DNA from: an uncultured Oscillospiraceae bacterium
GTDB taxonomy: Bacteria > Bacillota > Clostridia > Saccharofermentanales > Fastidiosipilaceae
Direction: 5' to 3'
Length of the DNA: 33,831 nt
NCBI GenBank assembly: GCA_964468675.1
Contig: CAYXVJ010000002.1
Span: 1 to 33,831 of the forward strand
Positions 28,357-33,831 of the stretch are shown here, piece by piece; position 1 is the stretch's first letter, and every line of letters starts with the position of its first letter. A model generated the notes under the pieces. The model saw nothing but the letters and a program-made list of their open reading frames with translations. It was not told where the DNA came from and made no database searches. Position numbers and translations under genes: made by a program.

Positions 28357-30178
28357 ACAAGCTAAGTCAGATATATCCGTGACAAATAAGCAGATGATCG
28401 CTTTCATGCTTCGGATACTCAAGGCAGAAGATAAAGGGCTCATTGGCATGTGCCTGTCTTATACCTTTTTCACATCCATCTACCCACTCTTTGCAGTCTA
28501 CTTGCCAGGTCTCTTGATTAAAGAAATTGAAGGGGCAGCAACGCTTGACGCGGTATTGCCTACAATTGCTCTCATATTGGCTTTGTACTTTGTATTTGCA
28601 GGGGTCTTTGGCTATATGAGCCGCTACCTAGGTAATAGTTCTTATGCCCGGATCTCATACCTTCGTATGACCGTGATGAAGCATACGATTAGTAAAGTCA
28701 TGACCATGGACTTCGTCCACTATGAGGATGCAAGTTTCCTAGATCGTACAAACCGTGTGAATCGAGGCATGCAAAGTAACGATAGGGGTATTGAACTGGT
28801 ATACAGGAACATCTTTATGATGCCTGCAACAGTTATTTCAGTCCTTCTTATGCTTGCTGTCTTAGCCGGGGCACATCCGTTGTTAGTCGTTTTACCACTA
28901 GTATTGTTTGCACTTATGATTTGGTCACAAAACAGAACAGATGCTTATATCTTTAGTAGAAGAGAAGAGTCGAGTAGACAAGAAAGGCAGCTGTATCACT
29001 ATAACGATTTGGCTCAAAACTTTACCTACGGCAAGGATGTTAGGCTCTATAGCCTTGAGGGACAGATCTTCTCTAGTTACAACAAAATGATTGACCTCGT
29101 CTTAGCACTTCGTGAAGTATTTGCTAAGCGGCGTTTTAAAGATCAGCTCTTACCTCTTTTAGCTCGTGTTGTCAGCATGGCTGTCACCTTGATTATTCTA
29201 GTGCGCCTTGCACTGACAAGTGTGATTTCAATCGCAGAGTTCTCAATCTACCTATCAGCCTATGTGAGCATGTCTTTGCTCTTGGATGAGCTTTCAGCAA
29301 ACATCGTGCAGACAATGTCCGAAGCAAGATTTGTTAAAGAAGCGATCTTCTTTCTAGAAGAAGACTTAAATACAAACAGTGGCGGAGTTATATTGTCACC
29401 ATCAGACCTAGTAGAGATCGAATTTCGTGACGTTAGCTTCACATACCCAGGTAGTGAAGTCGCTGTATTTGAACACTTAAACTTCAAGCTACGGGCAGGC
29501 GAAAAGCTGGCATTGGTCGGCATCAACGGAGCAGGTAAGTCTACCATTGTAAAACTAATGACAGGTCTTCACCATCCTACAGGCGGTCAAGTCTTAGTGA
29601 ACGGTGTAGATACAAAAACGCTCGATCCTAAAGCTTTATTTAAGCAGTTTAGTGTCGTCTTCCAAGATGAAGAAGCCTTGTCCTTTACAGTTGCTGAGCA
29701 TGTAGCAGGAAGCCTAACAGACATCAATAGAGAAAAGCTTGAAGCGGTGCTGCGCAAGATGGGTTTGTGGGAGAAGATAGCTAGCCATGAAGATGGGATG
29801 GACCGCACACTCTTAAAAGTGATCGATCCTGATGGCTTGATGTTATCTGGTGGCGAATCCCAAAAGTTAATGTTAGCTAGGGCAGCATATAAAGATGCGC
29901 CGGTAATGGTTCTAGATGAACCAACGTCAGCTTTAGATGCACTGGCCGAAACAAAGGTTTATGAAGAGTTCTCAGGTGCTATGGAAGGTAAGACATCCTT
30001 GTTTATCTCGCACCGTTTAGCATCAACAAGCTTTTGTGACCGCATTGTTTTGTTGTCTGCTGGAACGATACTAGAAGAAGGCACGCACCAAGAACTGATG
30101 GCCATGCGTGGGCAATACTACGAGATGTTTATGACCCAAGGTAAATACTATCAACAGGAGGCTATGGTCCATGTCTAA
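28346..30178 (+). CDS. ABC exporter half-transporter (TMD-NBD fusion), subunit 1
   Basis: ATG 28346 follows GGAGA and overlaps the arsR-like stop by 11 bp. The N-terminal half is a 6-TM domain. NBD motifs are GINGAGKST, LSGGESQK, VLDEPTSALD. Confidence 0.9.
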   Translation: MNVKQAKSDISVTNKQMIAFMLRILKAEDKGLIGMCLSYTFFTSIYPLFAVYLPGLLIKEIEGAATLDAVLPTIALILALYFVFAGVFGYMSRYLGNSSYARISYLRMTVMKHTISKVMTMDFVHYEDASFLDRTNRVNRGMQSNDRGIELVYRNIFMMPATVISVLLMLAVLAGAHPLLVVLPLVLFALMIWSQNRTDAYIFSRREESSRQERQLYHYNDLAQNFTYGKDVRLYSLEGQIFSSYNKMIDLVLALREVFAKRRFKDQLLPLLARVVSMAVTLIILVRLALTSVISIAEFSIYLSAYVSMSLLLDELSANIVQTMSEARFVKEAIFFLEEDLNTNSGGVILSPSDLVEIEFRDVSFTYPGSEVAVFEHLNFKLRAGEKLALVGINGAGKSTIVKLMTGLHHPTGGQVLVNGVDTKTLDPKALFKQFSVVFQDEEALSFTVAEHVAGSLTDINREKLEAVLRKMGLWEKIASHEDGMDRTLLKVIDPDGLMLSGGESQKLMLARAAYKDAPVMVLDEPTSALDALAETKVYEEFSGAMEGKTSLFISHRLASTSFCDRIVLLSAGTILEEGTHQELMAMRGQYYEMFMTQGKYYQQEAMVHV

Positions 30179-32060
30179 GAAACAAAATAAAACCAGCATC
30201 ATTGTGGATACAGATGAAGTGAAGCAAGAGCATACAGTCCGCAGACTTTTTAAAGCCTTCCCTCGAATCAAGCTGGTCTATGGCACGATACAAAAAGAGT
30301 CTAAAAGCTTCCTACCCCTAATTATCCTAAACGCTCTTGTGCGTTCAGCTCAAATCGCCATTGCCGTCTTTATACCTAAACTCTTTATCGATGCCTTAAC
30401 AAGAGAGGTATCGTGGAGTGAAGCACTCATCTTGATTCTCTTGGCTGTAGTGCTAGAGGGCATCTTACGCCTAGCTTATAACGCTATTGAGCAAAAGCTC
30501 GAAGTAGGTACACAGCTTGCATATAACGTAGTGAACCGTGTCTTGTCAGAGAAGATTACAAGGCTTCCTTATAGCGATTTAGAGAAGCCAGACATCTTAA
30601 CGTTGAAAGAAGAAGCTAGCTTTGCTTTAACCAACCAAGGTGTTGCCGTTCAATTTGTCATGCAGCTAAGAGAGCTCATACAGCACAGTGTGACCATCCT
30701 TACCTTGGTAGCCATTTTAAGTCAGTTGAGCATATTTTTAGTCTTGTTCCTTATCTTGATCGTCATCGTCATTGCCTTACTACAAGCAAGGGTGAAACGT
30801 TATGAACTTGGCTTTTTCATGAACCTCGTTGGTGTCAACAGAAAGTTTGGCTATTTCATTAATGCAACGTATAGTGCGAAGAACCAGCAACCCATTCGCT
30901 TGTTCAACTTAGAGCCTATGCTAACAAAGCGCGTCCAAGAGATGAACCGTGAAATCATTGATTACATGGGTGTTTACTTCATTAAGACAGGCCAGACTGC
31001 AGCCTTTCAATCCATCTTGATGGATTTTGCTGCAGCCATCTCCTATGGCTATGCAGTGATACGTGTACTCTCTGATATTGCAGGACCAAGGATTGGGCTG
31101 GGCTCCTTTAGCTTGTATGCAGGTGTGGCCATTCAGTTCATGTCTGCACTCCGTTCTGTCTTTACGGCCTTCCGAGAATTGGTTCAAGTTTTAGATTTCT
31201 TAGAGCCTTTAGAACGCTTCATGGCTTTAGATGAACGTAGTCAAAAAGAGGAATCTAGAATTAATGAACTTACTTTGGATACGATAGATGAGATTGAGTT
31301 TAAAGACGTGACGTTTACTTATTCTGGTGGTGAAAAGCCGGTGTTGGAAAATATCAGTTTTGTCATTCGAAAAGGCGAGAAGATCTCAGTTGTGGGCTTA
31401 AATGGTGCAGGGAAGACCACACTTGTTAAACTCTTATGCCGTTTCTTTAAACCTGATAGTGGGCAGATTTTAGTCAATGGCCAAGATATATGGGCTTATT
31501 CTGAGAAGAGTTACTTAGATGAGATTGCAGCTGTCTTCCAAGACTATCGCTTACTTCCCTTTAGTATTCAAAGTAATATTGCGTCTAAAGCAGATGATGC
31601 ATTGACTAAAGAAGATATCTCGCTAGTGGATAGTGTTGCACAGGAAACGAGTGTCCATTCATTTACTAAGGACTTAGCAGATGGGAATAAGACTTTGTTA
31701 AATAAGTCCATCAACCAAGGTGCTACAGAATTGTCCGGTGGTCAATCACAGAAAGTGGCCATTGCCAGAGCACTCTTTAAATCCGGTTCCTTGGTCATAT
31801 TGGATGAACCAACGTCTGCCTTAGACCCTCTTGCTGAAGCGGAGATCTATGAACATTTTGATACCTTAGTCCAAGGGCAGACAGCAATCTACATCTCGCA
31901 TCGCATGAGCTCCTCTAGGTTCTGTGACAAGGTCTTGGTGATTGATGCAGGTAAGGTCACTGCCTTTTTACCACACGATGAGCTGGTAAAAGATGAAACG
32001 AGTCTATATACACGCCTATTTAATGAACAAAAAGTGTATTATAAGCTTGATACGTACTAG
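30171..32060 (+). CDS. ABC exporter half-transporter (TMD-NBD fusion), subunit 2
   Basis: AGGAGG lies 9 nt upstream, and the gene overlaps subunit 1 by 8 bp. NBD motifs are GLNGAGKTT, LSGGQSQK, ILDEPTSALD. Confidence 0.9.
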   Translation: MSKKQNKTSIIVDTDEVKQEHTVRRLFKAFPRIKLVYGTIQKESKSFLPLIILNALVRSAQIAIAVFIPKLFIDALTREVSWSEALILILLAVVLEGILRLAYNAIEQKLEVGTQLAYNVVNRVLSEKITRLPYSDLEKPDILTLKEEASFALTNQGVAVQFVMQLRELIQHSVTILTLVAILSQLSIFLVLFLILIVIVIALLQARVKRYELGFFMNLVGVNRKFGYFINATYSAKNQQPIRLFNLEPMLTKRVQEMNREIIDYMGVYFIKTGQTAAFQSILMDFAAAISYGYAVIRVLSDIAGPRIGLGSFSLYAGVAIQFMSALRSVFTAFRELVQVLDFLEPLERFMALDERSQKEESRINELTLDTIDEIEFKDVTFTYSGGEKPVLENISFVIRKGEKISVVGLNGAGKTTLVKLLCRFFKPDSGQILVNGQDIWAYSEKSYLDEIAAVFQDYRLLPFSIQSNIASKADDALTKEDISLVDSVAQETSVHSFTKDLADGNKTLLNKSINQGATELSGGQSQKVAIARALFKSGSLVILDEPTSALDPLAEAEIYEHFDTLVQGQTAIYISHRMSSSRFCDKVLVIDAGKVTAFLPHDELVKDETSLYTRLFNEQKVYYKLDTY

Positions 32061-32093
32061 GCCCTTGCATAAAAGCTTTCAAGGAGGTTATTC

Positions 32094-32972
32094 ATGCGTA
32101 AAACAATTCTTGGACGTACTGGCATAGAAGTCAGTCAAATGATCTACCCCGGTATTATGAACGACAAAATGGACCTGGACCAGGCTAAGGCTTTTGTAGA
32201 GTATGCACTTGAGATTGGTGTGAACTATTTTGATATCGCACCATCTTATGGCAATGCGGAGACAAGAGTAGGTCCAGCATTAAGCCCTTACAGAAAAGAT
32301 ATTACTTTAGCCTGTAAGACAACGAAGCGTGATGCCAAAGGGGCAAAAGAAGAACTGCTTCGTTCACTCGATAATTTAAAGACAGATCACTTTGATATCT
32401 ATCAGTTACATTCACTCACCACCATGGAGGATGTAAAAGAGATCTTTGCACCTGGTGGAGCATTTGAAACCTATTTGTGGGCTAAAGAGCAAAAGTTAGT
32501 ACGCTTTATAGGTTTTTCAGCGCACAACGAGGAAGTAGCTTTGGAAGCGTGTAAGCACTATGACTTTGACACGGTTTTATTCCCAGTGAACTGGGCTCTA
32601 GCATTGACACACGGCTGGGGTGAGCGCTTAACAAAGCATATCCACGAAACTAACAAAGGCTTTATCGGTATGAAGACCATGGTCGACAGAAATTGGCGTG
32701 ATGGAGAACAAAGGGTATATCCAGGTTCTTGGTGTAGACCGATTTTTGATAACGATAAGCTCTTGATGCTGGCCATGAGGTATGCAGTAGCACAAGGTGT
32801 CCATACCATGGTTCCACCAGGAAACTTTGAGTTTTTTAATTACATGTATAAGCACATGGATGAGATTTGGGATATTGCCTTAGGTGATGAAGATTATGCT
32901 TACTTAAAAGAAGAGGCTCGATTGATTCAAGATGAGTTGATCTTTGATCCTCGTGTGAAGCAAGAAGCGTAA
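32094..32972 (+). CDS. Aldo/keto reductase family oxidoreductase
   Basis: AAGGAGG lies 7 nt upstream. Motifs are LGRTGIEVS, YFDIAPSYGNAE (catalytic Tyr region), LACKT (Lys) and DIYQLHS. The gene lies 33 bp after subunit 2 with no convincing terminator between them. Confidence 0.85.
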   Translation: MRKTILGRTGIEVSQMIYPGIMNDKMDLDQAKAFVEYALEIGVNYFDIAPSYGNAETRVGPALSPYRKDITLACKTTKRDAKGAKEELLRSLDNLKTDHFDIYQLHSLTTMEDVKEIFAPGGAFETYLWAKEQKLVRFIGFSAHNEEVALEACKHYDFDTVLFPVNWALALTHGWGERLTKHIHETNKGFIGMKTMVDRNWRDGEQRVYPGSWCRPIFDNDKLLMLAMRYAVAQGVHTMVPPGNFEFFNYMYKHMDEIWDIALGDEDYAYLKEEARLIQDELIFDPRVKQEA

Positions 32973-33041
32973 GAGTTAATGAAGAAGTGTATTGCAACTC
33001 CGAGCTAAGTATTGAGGTATTTACAGTAGGAGGGATGGACG

Positions 33042-33428
33042 ATGAAAACGAAACGAATAAAAGAAAAAAGATGGCCTAAGGCTTTGATTCTACTTAGTGT
33101 AGGCCTCGGGTTTTGGGCAGGAGTGTCTTGGCCTAATCGTACTGAAGTAAGCTTTTATGCTTACATTTTGGAAGATGGAGAAAATAACCTGCTGGTGGAG
33201 GGCATCCCTGAGAATGATGTGAATCACAGAGGACAAAGCTATATAGGATTAAGCAAGCTTGATACAAAAGGCTTTGCTCAAAAAGCAAATGGTGATGACA
33301 TAGAAATCAGTGAGCTTGAAGTAGGTGATTTAATCCGTGTGATATACGACGGTATGCAAATGGAGTCCTATCCGACTCAAATACCAAATGTTTGGCGGAT
33401 AGAACTCACAGAACCTACGAATAATTAA
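33042..33428 (+). CDS. Small membrane-anchored protein, DUF3221/YobA-like
   Basis: An AGGAGGG RBS precedes the start. An N-terminal TM helix (ALILLSVGLGFWAGV) is followed by a small domain ending ...GDLIRVIYDGMQMESYPTQI.., which resembles the ESYP.Q signature of DUF3221. Confidence 0.45.
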   Translation: MKTKRIKEKRWPKALILLSVGLGFWAGVSWPNRTEVSFYAYILEDGENNLLVEGIPENDVNHRGQSYIGLSKLDTKGFAQKANGDDIEISELEVGDLIRVIYDGMQMESYPTQIPNVWRIELTEPTNN

Positions 33429-33437
33429 ATGATTATC

Positions 33438-33831
33438 CTACAACGGTTTACCGTGTAGACGAATACCCTTGCCGCGAGCGCTGCGACGATATTGGTAGAG
33501 AATACCGAGTGTTGCAACACCTACAAGGACGAACACCATGATGATGGGGATCGGATCGCGTGCAGGGGTTATTTCTGCTATCCAGCTACCAGCATCAGTA
33601 TTTTGAATCAAGCTGTTTACAGCATCGGATACAAGGTAGGCACCTGTTATCGCTGTTGCTGAGATGATGAAGATGCGTAAGAATACAACACCTAAGATAC
33701 CGAGAATGATACCCACGGCGATGGTGACGATGCGTTCATCTAAGCCAAAGAGTGTAATGCTGAGGTAGCGGACAAGGTACATGCCAAAGAAGAAACCTGC
33801 AACGAAGATGCTTAATTTCACAGCTAGCCAG
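33438..33831 (-). CDS. Polytopic membrane protein of unknown function (probably 5'-truncated by the window end)
   Basis: The product has four hydrophobic helices. The frame stays open from the GTG at 33819-33821 to the window edge, so the real start may lie outside the window. The basic C-terminal tail reads YRRSARGKGIRLHGKPL. Confidence 0.5.
   Translation of the reverse strand, partial: WLAVKLSIFVAGFFFGMYLVRYLSITLFGLDERIVTIAVGIILGILGVVFLRIFIISATAITGAYLVSDAVNSLIQNTDAGSWIAEITPARDPIPIIMVFVLVGVATLGILYQYRRSARGKGIRLHGKPL

Overview
33.8-kb chromosomal segment that looks like a low-GC Gram-positive (Bacillota-type) genome, based on AGGAGG-type ribosome-binding sites, an ECF-transporter S component, LysM modules and VanS-like H-box chemistry. 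GC content is roughly 40-45% by eye. I call 24 protein-coding genes on both strands. I saw no rRNA, tRNA, CRISPR array, transposase, integrase or phage genes. Gene order: ECF S-component (partial), bacterial PH-domain protein, OmpR-type response regulator plus multi-TM histidine kinase, flavin reductase, membrane-anchored CapA/PGA_cap protein, secreted 3xLysM-MBL hydrolase, GH2 beta-galactosidase, lipoprotein serpin, FHA-fused SEDS (RodA/FtsW) polymerase plus a class B PBP broken by one in-frame TAA, GH43-like hydrolase, GH38 alpha-mannosidase, purine nucleoside phosphorylase, a 1022-aa double-FtsX (MacB-type) permease separated from its LolD/MacB-type ATPase by an opposite-strand ohr gene, Ogt/MGMT, then an apparent operon of a long ArsR-family regulator, two half-size ABC exporters and an aldo/keto reductase, then a DUF3221-like protein and a partial membrane protein. 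Most of the window is ordinary housekeeping or accessory metabolism. I do not see a defence island or a convincingly new multi-gene system. The items most worth follow-up are the FHA-SEDS fusion with its interrupted PBP partner, the ArsR regulator with an unassigned ~320-aa acidic N-terminal domain and a clean operator/promoter upstream of the ABC-exporter/AKR operon, a 46-bp tandem repeat inside the lacZ 3' region, the lipoprotein serpin, and the LysM-anchored MBL hydrolase. All domain calls come from motif recognition by eye and need HMM or BLAST confirmation.
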